A stretch of DNA of 64,000 nt from Pseudomonadota bacterium (GTDB lineage: Bacteria; Verrucomicrobiota; Verrucomicrobiia; Limisphaerales; SXTU01), in contig RFVF01000016.1 of the NCBI GenBank assembly GCA_009922615.1, positions 10,612 to 74,611 on the forward strand, given 5' to 3'. Of the stretch, positions 38,117-50,475 are shown piece by piece (the first letter of the stretch is position 1; each line of letters opens with the position of its first letter). The notes beneath the pieces are model-generated. The model did no database searches. It saw only the letters and a program-made list of their open reading frames with translations, and was not told the DNA's origin. Both the position numbers and the translations under genes were made by a program.

Positions 38117-39457
38117 TTACTGGGCCGGCTTGGTCGCAGGCAGAAGTTCACGAACAGACTTCAACGCCTCGTTCACCAAACGTTCACCTGCATCGGCGGC
38201 GAGAAAGCTGCACTCGGCCGCACCGTAGCCGCCTTCCTTCACGGCTTGCACCGTGGGCAGGTAAACGGTGAACGGCGTGCCGCGCCCGCTGTAGGTCAGG
38301 CCGAGGATGAAGGCGTTCGGCACGGGCGACTTCGCCGTGAGGTCAAGCTGGTGCTGCACGAACGGCTCGCCGGGGATGGCCACGAGCGCGAGATCGCGCT
38401 GGATGACCACCGTCAACAGGCCGACCTCGGTGCTCTGCGGACCGTTGCGGTGCGGGATGGTGAGGAGGCTTTCTTTAACCTGAAGCACGGGCTGCGCGCT
38501 GGCGGGCGGGGCTTTCAGGGTCGCCGCGAGCTGAAGGGCGGCCTTGCCGAGCGCGACGCCGGCTTGCTTCACGATGTTGAATCGGTTTTCGCCGCGCAGA
38601 TTGTGGAGGTCGTAGGGGTCGAGATCACCGGACGCGCCTTGCAGAAACATCGCCATGCAATCGCTGCCCAGCTCCTGCTCGAGGTGGTCCACCATCGCGC
38701 CGGGATAATCGCGAGAGACTACGCCGGCGGCCATCAGCGCGACGGGATGGCAGGCGTAATGCACCGCAAAGGCACGCGGCTTGCCGGACAAGTCCTCGAC
38801 GCGCAGCACGCCGACGGTCGGGTCCACGGGCTGTGTGGGTCGGCGGTTGGGATTTTCCCAAAGTGGCAGCACGCGGTCGGGCCGGACGTCGCGGCGGTTG
38901 TGCGCCATGTAAGCGCTTTCATACGGGCCTCGTCCCGCAGCGAGACGGGCGGGGAAGAGGCTTTGCATCGCGCGGCCGATGGCGGCGATGATCTTTGTCT
39001 CGGTCGCGGCATACCACGGGTCGTCGGAGAGCTTGAGCCAGTTGACAGTGGTGGAGGGACCGTTGGCGTGGCGCGTCCAGTCGGGAGCGGCGGGCGGCTT
39101 GATGAGCAGGCCGCGCGGAGCCATCGCGGCGTGTGTGTGCGTCGCGCAGAGGATGACGTGGTCCACGCCCCACTGGCGCTTCGCCTCGGCGATGACTTTC
39201 GGCGACGCGAAGACGATCAGGTCCGCCGACACGATGGCCACGGAGGTCTTCGCGTCCTTGAGCACGAGCACGCGGGCGAAGAGCGGGTCGCGCAGGCGCA
39301 AGGGCTGGCCGGACAAGTTCACAGCGGCGTCCTCGGCGGGCGTGATCTCGACCTTCGCCGTGCCGGCCCAGAGGCCCGACGGCGACTCGGCGGCGCGGGT
39401 GGCGACGATGGGAATCAGCCACACCAGCAGGGCGAACAAGAAGTGAATTGGTTTCAT
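38117..39457 (-). CDS. neutral/alkaline ceramidase-like hydrolase, secreted (paralog 2)
   Basis: From ATG 39457: MKPIHFLFALLVWLIPIVATRAAE signal, AGTAKVEITP, DPLFARVLVLKD, LCATHTHAAMA. It has the same architecture as paralog 1. Confidence 0.7.
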   Translation of the reverse strand: MKPIHFLFALLVWLIPIVATRAAESPSGLWAGTAKVEITPAEDAAVNLSGQPLRLRDPLFARVLVLKDAKTSVAIVSADLIVFASPKVIAEAKRQWGVDHVILCATHTHAAMAPRGLLIKPPAAPDWTRHANGPSTTVNWLKLSDDPWYAATETKIIAAIGRAMQSLFPARLAAGRGPYESAYMAHNRRDVRPDRVLPLWENPNRRPTQPVDPTVGVLRVEDLSGKPRAFAVHYACHPVALMAAGVVSRDYPGAMVDHLEQELGSDCMAMFLQGASGDLDPYDLHNLRGENRFNIVKQAGVALGKAALQLAATLKAPPASAQPVLQVKESLLTIPHRNGPQSTEVGLLTVVIQRDLALVAIPGEPFVQHQLDLTAKSPVPNAFILGLTYSGRGTPFTVYLPTVQAVKEGGYGAAECSFLAADAGERLVNEALKSVRELLPATKPAQ

Positions 39458-39513
39458 GGGCAGCCGCCACGGCTCGAAAGCCGCGCATGGGAACCATGCA
39501 CCTGAAAGAGTCG

Positions 39514-39574
39514 CACCCCTCACCCCATCCCTTTCCCCTCCTCCGAGGAGGGGAAAGGGATGGGGTGAGGGGTG
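39514..39574. repeat. perfect 61-bp palindrome (30-bp arms, 1-nt centre)
   Basis: cacccctcaccccatccctttcccctcctc c gaggaggggaaagggatggggtgaggggtg, read directly. Same family as the arms at 47738-47860. Confidence 0.95.
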
Positions 39575-39607
39575 GCTGGGCAAGGACAGGTTCATGAAAG
39601 TTTGTGG

Positions 39608-40954
39608 CTATGGTTTCAGCGCCGCCTGCGTTTCCTGATGCTGCGCCCACGCGGCTGCTTGCAACTCCTTGGCGACCGTCGCCGGGATGTCCGCCGGAGC
39701 GGCGAGGCCCACGGGACCGCGCCCGGTCAGCACGCTGTAGATGCCGCACGCGTAGATATACGAGCCCCACAGGTCGGGATGCATCTTATCCTTCGCAAAG
39801 AGGCTTTCCATCCGCTCGGCCGAGGGCTGGGGGCCGAAGTATTTCGTGTAGGCGGGACTCGCGTCCACCAAGGCGGCCTTGAGCTCGCGCGCCATGTCGA
39901 GGTGCAGCCGATGCTGCCGCTCGAAGCACGCCGGGTAGTCGCTCAGGATCGAAGCGGTGCCGAACAGCAGCGTCTTCGCGCCCTTGCCCTGGATGAACTC
40001 GTGGAACTGCCGCGCGTAAGGCTGAAACGCCGGGGCCTGCACATTGTAGATGTCCTGCAACACGACGTAATCCCACGCGCCGCTGGCGATCATTCCGCGC
40101 GCCGTGTTCGTCGCGGTGCCGGCCTCCCAATGACTGCGCAGCGACGCGCCGCCCTTGATGCAGCCGGTGATCTGGATGGGGGGCGCGCCCGGGTCGGACG
40201 CTGCGAGATTTTCGATGAGCTTGTTGCCCACCATGAGCGGGCACTGGCTGTTGCCGATCATCAGCACGCGCAGCGGCTTCACCGGCACTGGCAGCAACGG
40301 CGCGATGACCTGCGCGACCTGCTTCGACTGCAACGCCGTGCCCTCCGCCGTGTAATGCACGCCGCCGCCATCCCACAGCTTCTTCGGATGATTCGCGACC
40401 AGCGTGTAGAGGTCGTCCACGACCAGCCCGGCCTTGGCGATGTGCGCGGCGGCGATCTGGTTGCGTGCGATCACACCCTTGTCCGGCGTGTCGTCTTTCT
40501 GCTGGCAAGGCGTGGTGGTGGCCCAGACGAGCTTCGCGCTGGGCGCGTAGCGTTGCAGCGTGGCCAGCACGTCCGCGAAGCCCTTCCGGTAGCCCTCGAT
40601 GCCGCCGTGCAGGCCGTAATTGAAGTGGATGACAGCGTAAACATTCTGCCGGAGCACGAGCTTGATCTCATCAAGCAACGCCGGGTCGCCGACGGCCTTG
40701 GACGTGCCGAGCAACGAGACGTAAGCCTTGTCCTTGAGCGCGGCGCCCACCTCGGAGGCGTAGCGCACGGTGATCGAATCGCCGATCAGCAGCACGAGCG
40801 GCAAGTCCGGGCCGTTGGCGGGCTTGGTGCGGATGCTGATGGTGCACCAGTCCTGCGACTCGCGCGGCGTGCGGTAGTCGTAGAGGTCCTCGGCTTGGAT
40901 GCGCGGTGTGGCGAACGCAATGAGCGTCGCGAGCGTGAGGAGGAGTTTGGTCAT
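39608..40954 (-). CDS. secreted SGNH/GDSL-family hydrolase with two SGNH-like halves
   Basis: Signal peptide, LLIGDSITVRY (block I Ser), and a second half beginning LMIGNSQ. Confidence 0.75.
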   Translation of the reverse strand: MTKLLLTLATLIAFATPRIQAEDLYDYRTPRESQDWCTISIRTKPANGPDLPLVLLIGDSITVRYASEVGAALKDKAYVSLLGTSKAVGDPALLDEIKLVLRQNVYAVIHFNYGLHGGIEGYRKGFADVLATLQRYAPSAKLVWATTTPCQQKDDTPDKGVIARNQIAAAHIAKAGLVVDDLYTLVANHPKKLWDGGGVHYTAEGTALQSKQVAQVIAPLLPVPVKPLRVLMIGNSQCPLMVGNKLIENLAASDPGAPPIQITGCIKGGASLRSHWEAGTATNTARGMIASGAWDYVVLQDIYNVQAPAFQPYARQFHEFIQGKGAKTLLFGTASILSDYPACFERQHRLHLDMARELKAALVDASPAYTKYFGPQPSAERMESLFAKDKMHPDLWGSYIYACGIYSVLTGRGPVGLAAPADIPATVAKELQAAAWAQHQETQAALKP

Positions 40955-40971
40955 GGCGAGTCAGTGGTGGG

Positions 40972-42543
40972 TCAAGGGCGAGGTTCCAGCGCCAGGGCCT
41001 CGCGGAACTTCGCGAGCGATTCCTTCTCCTTGCCCTGCGCGGCGTAGGCATGGCCGTAGGCGCGCAGCAATTGGATGCGCCAGGTCGGGGCCATGCTGGA
41101 GAGATCGCCGCATTGATCGAGCACGGCGAGCGCCTCGTCGGGCTTCACCTGGCTCGTGAGGATGCGCGCGATGGACACCGTCGCCGTCAGCGGCTGCCAG
41201 CCGTGGCCCTTGCCGGTGATCACCAAGGCCCGCCGATACGCGGCCAGCGCCTGCTCGTCGTCGCCGAGGTTGTTCACGTAATTGTCGCCGAACGTGAGCC
41301 AGATGGCGGAGTCGTTGGGCGCGAGCTGCGTGGCCGCTTTCAAGTCAGCCTCGGCCTTCGCGCCGTCCTTCAGGAAGGAGTAAATCTGCCCACGCAAATG
41401 CAGCGCCTCGCCGGCCTTCACCTTCGCCGGCCAGGCCGCGAAGTCTTCCGTGCCGAACTGCTCGATGAGCTCCTTCCACTTCCGCTCCTGCTGCAAAGCC
41501 CGCATCCGACCGAGCACCGCGTCCGGGTCCGCCGTGTAGCGGGCGTATTGCGCGGCGACTTGCGCGAGCTGCGCGTCGCCGTGGTGGAAGTAGAAGCGGT
41601 TGCGCAGCGTGAGCGTCTGGCCGGCGGCGAGCGTGAAGTCCCCCGAGTGCGAGTTGCACGCGGGACAGTTCGTGCCGTGCGGGCGACAGATGACCGTCTT
41701 GTGGTCGCCGTAGTTGCCCTTGAAGTGATCCGTGCCGAAACGGTTGGCCGTCATCAGCCCGTAGGTGCGCGCGTGCCAGTGCGTGGGGAAACGCAGGTTC
41801 GCCGGATGGTCAAACATCGCGATGCCCACCGTCTTTCCGCTCGCGTCCGGCCCGAAGTAATCCGTCCACTCGGCACGCTTGCCCCACGCGGCCTCGTTGC
41901 GGTCGCCGCGGCTGTTCACGATGGTGCCGCTGCCTTTCTCGCCCTTCTCCGACTCAACCTTCATCGTGCTTGCCACGCGCACGAGCAGCCCGCCGTCGCG
42001 CTTGTCGCCGAAGACGACCGGCGCGTTCGCCGCCTGCAACTCCACGTCGTAATCCATCAACACCTGCCGGTTCGCCAGCGGTGTGAACGCCAGCCGCACC
42101 TTCTCGCGGAGCACCAGCTTGCCGTCGCCGAGCCATTGGTTCCACAAGACCACCTCGCCCGTCGGACCCGAGCTGATGCGCTCGATCTTCTCCAGCTTCA
42201 CCTCGGCGGACTGGCCGGGCTTGGGCTTGGCCGGCGACCACCAGAAGTTGAACCCGTTCACGTCGCTGTGGGAAAAGCGGATGGAGCGATGGTGCGGATG
42301 ATCCGCATCCTCGCCCGGGACGCCCGGCTTCATCGGGAAATGCCGCGTGACGTTCTTGCCGTTGGGCCCGATGACGGGATAGAGATAGGGCCCGACCCAA
42401 TCCTGATGCCGCCACTCCGTGAACACCTCGCCGTCAATCGCCACGCGGAGGCGATCCGGCAGCTCGGTGATGGCGACGGCGGCGGACAGGCGGCCGACGA
42501 GCGCAACGGCGATGATGAAGGCGGAGAGCGCGGCGTTTCTCAT
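40972..42543 (-). CDS. PmoA-family (DUF6807) protein fused to C-terminal TPR repeats
   Basis: GPYLYPVIGPNGKNVTR, DADHPHHRSIRFSHSDVNGFNFWW, then TPR-like AEADLKAATQLAPND and AYRRALVI. Confidence 0.65.
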   Translation of the reverse strand: MRNAALSAFIIAVALVGRLSAAVAITELPDRLRVAIDGEVFTEWRHQDWVGPYLYPVIGPNGKNVTRHFPMKPGVPGEDADHPHHRSIRFSHSDVNGFNFWWSPAKPKPGQSAEVKLEKIERISSGPTGEVVLWNQWLGDGKLVLREKVRLAFTPLANRQVLMDYDVELQAANAPVVFGDKRDGGLLVRVASTMKVESEKGEKGSGTIVNSRGDRNEAAWGKRAEWTDYFGPDASGKTVGIAMFDHPANLRFPTHWHARTYGLMTANRFGTDHFKGNYGDHKTVICRPHGTNCPACNSHSGDFTLAAGQTLTLRNRFYFHHGDAQLAQVAAQYARYTADPDAVLGRMRALQQERKWKELIEQFGTEDFAAWPAKVKAGEALHLRGQIYSFLKDGAKAEADLKAATQLAPNDSAIWLTFGDNYVNNLGDDEQALAAYRRALVITGKGHGWQPLTATVSIARILTSQVKPDEALAVLDQCGDLSSMAPTWRIQLLRAYGHAYAAQGKEKESLAKFREALALEPRP

Positions 42544-42559
42544 GACTCAGTGAGCCTGG

Positions 42560-45241
42560 CTATTTTGCACCCGCGCCGACGAAAGGAAGCTCCCCGAAGT
42601 CGTTGCGGTCATCGAGGCTCTTCGTGCCGGGGGTGGTGGACCAGAGCGAGCGTTCGAGGCGATTCGTGGCCACGACGTGGACGCGAGCGAAGTTCGCGCG
42701 CCAGAAGGACTCGGGCTTGGGTGCTTCCACGCCAAGGGTCTTGAAGGGGATTTTCAGCAGGGCCAGCCAGCGGTTCTTCCCCGGCTCGAGCCGCGACTCG
42801 TATTGCCAATCGCCACGCCAGTCCGGATCGAACTGTCCGTGGCGTGGGTCCATCGCATCGGTCACGAAGCCGGCGGCGGCCGTGGCCTTGGCGTCCGCGC
42901 GCAGGCCGGCGGTGAAGCGAAACGCGAGGTCGCGTCCCGCCACGGGCGCGAGGTAGAGCGCGAAGGACTCCTGGTTGGTGCCCGTGCCGGCTGGCTGCAA
43001 CGCGGCGGGCAGCTCGCACTCGGCGAGCACGTAGAGATGCGTGGCGTCCACCACGGCGCGCACCGTGGTCTTGCGCGTGAGCGGCGCGGCACCGGGAAGG
43101 GCGACCAGTTCGCCCGCTGTCGCCTTGGCCCAATGCGCGGAGTCAAAGGTGACGGGGCTGGCGATGACGTTGGCGGGCAGGCGTTTCGCCCCGGCCAACG
43201 GCGCGTTGCGCATGGTCTTGGTGTCCCAGTTGAACGGCGTGTTCGAGTAAGGCTCCTGATAGCCGTCGTGGCTGAGGCGCAGGTGCGCGGCGTTGTGGCC
43301 GGCGGGCGGGAAGGGCACGTAGGACCACGTGCCGAAGGGCTTCGTGCGGCCGCGCTCATCGAAGTAGGTGGCAATCTCCGCGTTGCGCGCGTCGATGGCG
43401 TCGAGCAGGCGGTCGCGTGATGCGCGGTCGGGCTGGATTTGGAAGGCGTGGTTCAGATGCACGACGCGCGCGACGCCGCGCAGGTAGTCGAACTCGCGGC
43501 GGACGAGCGCGAGGCGGGTCTTCACCTTGTCCGTGGGCGCGAGCTTCTCGGCCTGCGCGAGCTGGGCTTCGAGCGAGGCCAGCAGCGTGGGGGTGTAGAA
43601 GAAACCGAGGAACTGCATCGGGTCGGTGAGGTGCTTGCGGCGGCGGCCGTAGATGTCGGTGTAAACCCAGGCCGGGTCGCGCGTGCCGAGCTGGCGCGCG
43701 TAGAGTTCGATGGCGTGGTAGAGCTGGTCGTAGAACTGAAGCATCGGCGGGGCGGCCTTGCCAAACGCCGCGCCGCAGAACTCATGCACGAGCACCTTGG
43801 CCTGGTTGTTGGTCACGTCGTCGAACATGCGGCCCATCGTGTAATAGACCGGGCCTTCCAAGCCTTGCAGAGTGCCGGGGCCGTCCTGGTAGATGGACTG
43901 AATGCGGTTCGCGACGAGCCGCTTGGCCTGCGTCTCGACAAAGCCGGGCGTGCGCATGGGCGTGTAGCGCGTGCTGAGGTTCGGGCACCAGTTGTAGATG
44001 TAGCCGGTGAAGCCCTGCGGCACGACGTGCCCGCGCCACGGGGCGAGATCGTCGTCGTTCGTGCCGGTGAGCATGATCTGGGTGTTGGCAGGAAACTCGC
44101 GGAAGGACTTCGGCGGATTCGCGGTAAGGATGTAGGACATCAGGCAAACGGTCTTGCCCGGCCGCGCAGCGAGCACGCGTTCGGCGAGCTTGCGGTGAAG
44201 AAGCCAGAGCTTCTCGCTCCAGTCGCCGCCAGTATCGAAGAGCTTGGCGCACGCTTCGCACTGGCAGGCGCGGAAGCCGTCCGGTTGCCCGAGGTCCACC
44301 GACTGAAAACCCTCGTCGAGCCACGCGATGAGATCCTGGTAGAACAGCTCCTGCACCTCGGGATTGGAAATGCAGTATTGGGCGTTCTCGTTCTTGGGCT
44401 TCATCCGCTGGCCGCCGAGGAGCGCGAAGTATTCCGGGTGCGTGGCCACATATTTTTCCGGCGGCACGGCGCGTTCGTAGGTGTGCCCGCCAAACGGGTC
44501 GTCCACGCGCGGGAAGCGGTTGTTCGCAATCTCGTAAAAGCCGCCGCGTGGCGGATACGCGGTCCACGAGTCGAACACCGGCGTCTTCTCCACGCGCAAG
44601 TCCGCCGGCACTGCAACGCGCGGCGTGGGCAGGAACTCGATGGCTGGCGACGCGAGCAGGTTCACCCCCGCCGCGTCCTTCACGGCCTGACGCGCCGGAA
44701 GGTCCGGGTAGAGGAAGCGCGTGCCGAGGTATTGTCGGAGGAAGTCCGTGACGCCCTTCGCGGTGCCGACGCGGTCCCACTCGGCCTTGCGCGCGCCCAC
44801 GCCCGGCCCCACCTGCTCGCGGCCTGCGATGATGACGTCGCGTCCGCTGGCCCGCAGGACATAGCTCCAGCCCTTGAGCTTGGCGACCGCGACGCCTTGC
44901 TGCCGGGCGAACGCGGTGTCGCCGAGGAAAATGGCGGGCTTGGCGGCGTCGCGCTTGGCCTCGCTCACGATGGCGAGGTCCGCGCCGTTGGCCTTGAACG
45001 CGGTCTGCAACAAGCGCGCCGTCTGGGCTAGCGCGTTGGAGAGGGCCGGGCTTGGCGCTGTGTCCGGGACGACGATTTGGTAGTCGGACTTGCCGTCAGC
45101 AGCGAGGACGAGTTCAGCGCCACGGGCGATGGTCATCGTCCCGCCTGAGAGGGCGAGGCAGGAGAGCAGGAGTGACAGCGCCCACCGCCAGTGCGGTAAG
45201 GGCGCGATCTGGAGAATGGAGCCGAGCGCGGGTGACGACAT
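42560..45241 (-). CDS. DUF4838-like glycoside-hydrolase-related protein with a C-terminal CBM9-like domain
   Basis: Signal region, DYQIVVPD, CISNPEV, and ACQCEACAK. The C-terminal WAKATAGELV, HLYVLAECE and WRANFARV resemble family-9 carbohydrate-binding modules. ATG 45241 is preferred over TTG 45277. Confidence 0.55.
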   Translation of the reverse strand: MSSPALGSILQIAPLPHWRWALSLLLSCLALSGGTMTIARGAELVLAADGKSDYQIVVPDTAPSPALSNALAQTARLLQTAFKANGADLAIVSEAKRDAAKPAIFLGDTAFARQQGVAVAKLKGWSYVLRASGRDVIIAGREQVGPGVGARKAEWDRVGTAKGVTDFLRQYLGTRFLYPDLPARQAVKDAAGVNLLASPAIEFLPTPRVAVPADLRVEKTPVFDSWTAYPPRGGFYEIANNRFPRVDDPFGGHTYERAVPPEKYVATHPEYFALLGGQRMKPKNENAQYCISNPEVQELFYQDLIAWLDEGFQSVDLGQPDGFRACQCEACAKLFDTGGDWSEKLWLLHRKLAERVLAARPGKTVCLMSYILTANPPKSFREFPANTQIMLTGTNDDDLAPWRGHVVPQGFTGYIYNWCPNLSTRYTPMRTPGFVETQAKRLVANRIQSIYQDGPGTLQGLEGPVYYTMGRMFDDVTNNQAKVLVHEFCGAAFGKAAPPMLQFYDQLYHAIELYARQLGTRDPAWVYTDIYGRRRKHLTDPMQFLGFFYTPTLLASLEAQLAQAEKLAPTDKVKTRLALVRREFDYLRGVARVVHLNHAFQIQPDRASRDRLLDAIDARNAEIATYFDERGRTKPFGTWSYVPFPPAGHNAAHLRLSHDGYQEPYSNTPFNWDTKTMRNAPLAGAKRLPANVIASPVTFDSAHWAKATAGELVALPGAAPLTRKTTVRAVVDATHLYVLAECELPAALQPAGTGTNQESFALYLAPVAGRDLAFRFTAGLRADAKATAAAGFVTDAMDPRHGQFDPDWRGDWQYESRLEPGKNRWLALLKIPFKTLGVEAPKPESFWRANFARVHVVATNRLERSLWSTTPGTKSLDDRNDFGELPFVGAGAK

Positions 45242-45332
45242 GGTGCAATCGGACGAGCGCGAAGCAATTCGCTTCAAGAATGCGGACGCGCGAAGGCCAG
45301 CCGCGCTATCGGGGTGGTCGCACCCTTTCGCT

Positions 45333-46208
45333 TCACTTCTTCAGTGCATCCGTTACGAACTCGAAGAGCACCTTTGTCGCCGGATCGTCGGGTCGGCCGA
45401 GGTTTTCATTGATCTTGGGATGGTTCGTCTCCTTCGCGCCGAAGGCCTTGGCCGGAATGCCCGCGTCCTTGAGCACGGCCTCGAGGCGGCGCGCCTGCAT
45501 CGTGTTGTCCGGGTGATCGGCGACGTGGAGGATCAGGAACGGCGGAATGCCCTTGCCCTTGGCCACGTGCGTGACGGCGGAGTATTCGCGATGCAGCTCC
45601 GGCGTGTTGCCGAACTTCACGCGATGACCCTGCTTCGGCATGGGGAAGCCATGCACGCGCAACCGCGTCTCGGCGGTCTCAATCATCGCGGGCACGTCGT
45701 AGGTGTCGCCATCCACGGGGAAGCAGCCTTTGAGCACGGAGAAAGGCACGCCTTCGGCCTTGAGATAGCGGTCATCAATGCAAATCAGCGCGGCGAGCTG
45801 CGCGCCGGCGGAGTGGCCGCCGACAATGATGCGAGTCGGATCGCCGCCGTGCTTGGCGATGTTCTTGTGCACCCAGCCGAGCGACTTGGCGATGTCGCGG
45901 AAGATCGTGACCATGTCCACCTCGGGCAACAGGCGGTAGCCCGTGGAAACAAAAACAAAACCTTTTTCCACGAATGCCTGCGGCTTGAGCTGGATCAACG
46001 TGCGATCACCTCCCTGCCAGCCGCCGCCGTGAATCCAAAAGATGACCGGCAAACCCTTGGCGCCAGCGGGTGAGTAGATGTCCACCTTCTGGCGCGGGTT
46101 GGCGGGATCGCCGTAAGGCACGTCGGCGGCCGTGGCCTTGATCGTGGGCGTGTCGGCGGCGCAGAGCAGGTTGATCGAGGCAAACAGGGCGAAGGCAGTG
46201 GCTTTCAT
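45333..46208 (-). CDS. secreted alpha/beta hydrolase (esterase, HGGG type)
   Basis: [17 protein letters not shown] signal, WIHGGGW and GHSAGA. Confidence 0.8.
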   Translation of the reverse strand: MKATAFALFASINLLCAADTPTIKATAADVPYGDPANPRQKVDIYSPAGAKGLPVIFWIHGGGWQGGDRTLIQLKPQAFVEKGFVFVSTGYRLLPEVDMVTIFRDIAKSLGWVHKNIAKHGGDPTRIIVGGHSAGAQLAALICIDDRYLKAEGVPFSVLKGCFPVDGDTYDVPAMIETAETRLRVHGFPMPKQGHRVKFGNTPELHREYSAVTHVAKGKGIPPFLILHVADHPDNTMQARRLEAVLKDAGIPAKAFGAKETNHPKINENLGRPDDPATKVLFEFVTDALKK

Positions 46209-46450
46209 GCAAGGATGCTTGCAGGAACCGGGCTCGTGGAACAAGCGGAAGTTAAAGCCCGCCTCCGGGGTTGCTGCCTTGGGTTGGGCTTACCGAAGGT
46301 TCATCCCACGACTATACACATTCAAAGCCTGCGGGATTGCGGTAGAATCATTTCCCCGAGGGCGTGAATCTGTGATGCGCTCTAGGCGCATCTGCGGCGC
46401 AAGGTGAACGAAAAGCCGCTCGACGAAAACTCGTCCCGTGCACCCCGAGG

Positions 46451-46798
46451 CTAGGCCTCAAATGACTTTCCACAGCCGCAGCTTTGTTTGGCGTTGGGGT
46501 TGGTGATCTTGAACCCGCCGCCCGTCAGCTCGTCCTTGAAATCGATCACGCAGCCGCGCAGGACTTGGGCACTAATGGGGTCGGTGAGCACGCCGACGCC
46601 GTGGAACTCGCCGAGCGCGTCGCCGTCGCGGGGCTCGTCGAAGACCATGCCGTATTGCATGCCGGAGCAGCCGCCTTTCTCCACATACACGCGGAGGCGC
46701 TTGCCGGCGCTGTCCTTCTCGTTCGCGAGCATGGTCCGCACTTGCTCGGCGGCGCTGGGCGTGAGGCTGACGACGGGTTCGGCGGTGGTAGTGCTCAT
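46451..46798 (-). CDS. erpA: iron-sulfur cluster insertion protein (ErpA/IscA/HesB family)
   Basis: 115 aa with GGCSGMQYGM and C-terminal NPNAKQSCGCGKSF. Confidence 0.9.
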   Translation of the reverse strand: MSTTTAEPVVSLTPSAAEQVRTMLANEKDSAGKRLRVYVEKGGCSGMQYGMVFDEPRDGDALGEFHGVGVLTDPISAQVLRGCVIDFKDELTGGGFKITNPNAKQSCGCGKSFEA

Positions 46799-46838
46799 CT
46801 GAATCGTGAGGCGAACGTAGTGGCGGAGTGCGGGGCTG

Positions 46839-49703
<2,865 letters not shown>

Positions 49704-49755
49704 TGCCTGAGACCGCCAACCTTGCCAGCCAGGCGCGAGGTGCTACGTTGCGATC

Positions 49756-50458
49756 GTGCGCCGCTTCTTCACGCCGCTTTGCTTGAGGCTTTATGCCTTG
49801 CTCGCGATTTGCGTTGGTCTCAACGCCACGTGGCCGCGAGCGGTTCGCAGCGAGTGGAACCGCGATCGGCTCTACCGGGAAATGCTTGCGGGCAATGACA
49901 AGGAACGCATTGCCGCCGCCGAGGCGCTCGTGGCCGCCGGCGGGCGCGAGCAACTGATGAAGGCACTCCAATCCGACTCGGCCTCGATTCGCACGGTGGC
50001 GGCCAGCGCGCTCTACGACATTTGGATGACGCAGGAGGGCGAAGAGGCGGCCTTTCTCCTTCAGGTGGCGGGCAATTCGCTCGAACATAAGAACCTCAAG
50101 GGGGCGTTGAACCACTTGAACCGGCTGACTTCCACACATCCGTTCTTAGCCGAGGGCTGGAACCGGCGGGCGACGCTGCTCTGGCAGTTGGGTTTGGTGG
50201 AAAAGGCGCTGGCGGACTGCCGCAAGGTCGTTCTGTTGAACCCCGACCATTTCGCCGCTTGGCAGCGGCATGGGCACGTGTCATCTCCGCCTCGGCAATT
50301 ACGAGCCGGCAGTGAAGGCGTTTGAACAGGCAGCCAAGCTGATGCCGTATGACCGCACGGTGCAGCGGAACCTGCGCCTGAGCCAGGAAATGCTCCAGCG
50401 GGAGAAAAAAAGACCGGCTCCGACGCGGGCGCCGGAGCCGGTGGGGGAAGCGGTTTAA
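49756..50458 (+). pseudogene. TPR/HEAT-repeat protein split by an apparent 1-nt frameshift near 50263-50270
   Basis: Frame 1 reads VVLLNPDHFAAWQ and then becomes junk. The next frame from 50270 reads MGTCHLRLGNYEPAVKAFEQAAKLMP. Together these give one uninterrupted TPR motif. Confidence 0.6.
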
Positions 50459-50475
50459 CGCACCTGAGCGCTGGC

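Noticed and set aside
39458-39770. N-terminal extension of the ceramidase-like ORF to 39595 (MNLSLPSHPSPHPFPLLGGGERDGVRG) and ORF 38919..39770
   Set aside because: The extension is simply the 61-bp palindrome read as protein. A proper signal peptide begins at ATG 39457.
43439-45031. 530-aa + strand ORF and several other long + ORFs between 36.0 and 45.3 kb
   Set aside because: All are antisense to minus-strand hydrolase genes that have signal peptides and catalytic motifs. Their composition is Arg/Ala/Gly/Val-rich shadow type.
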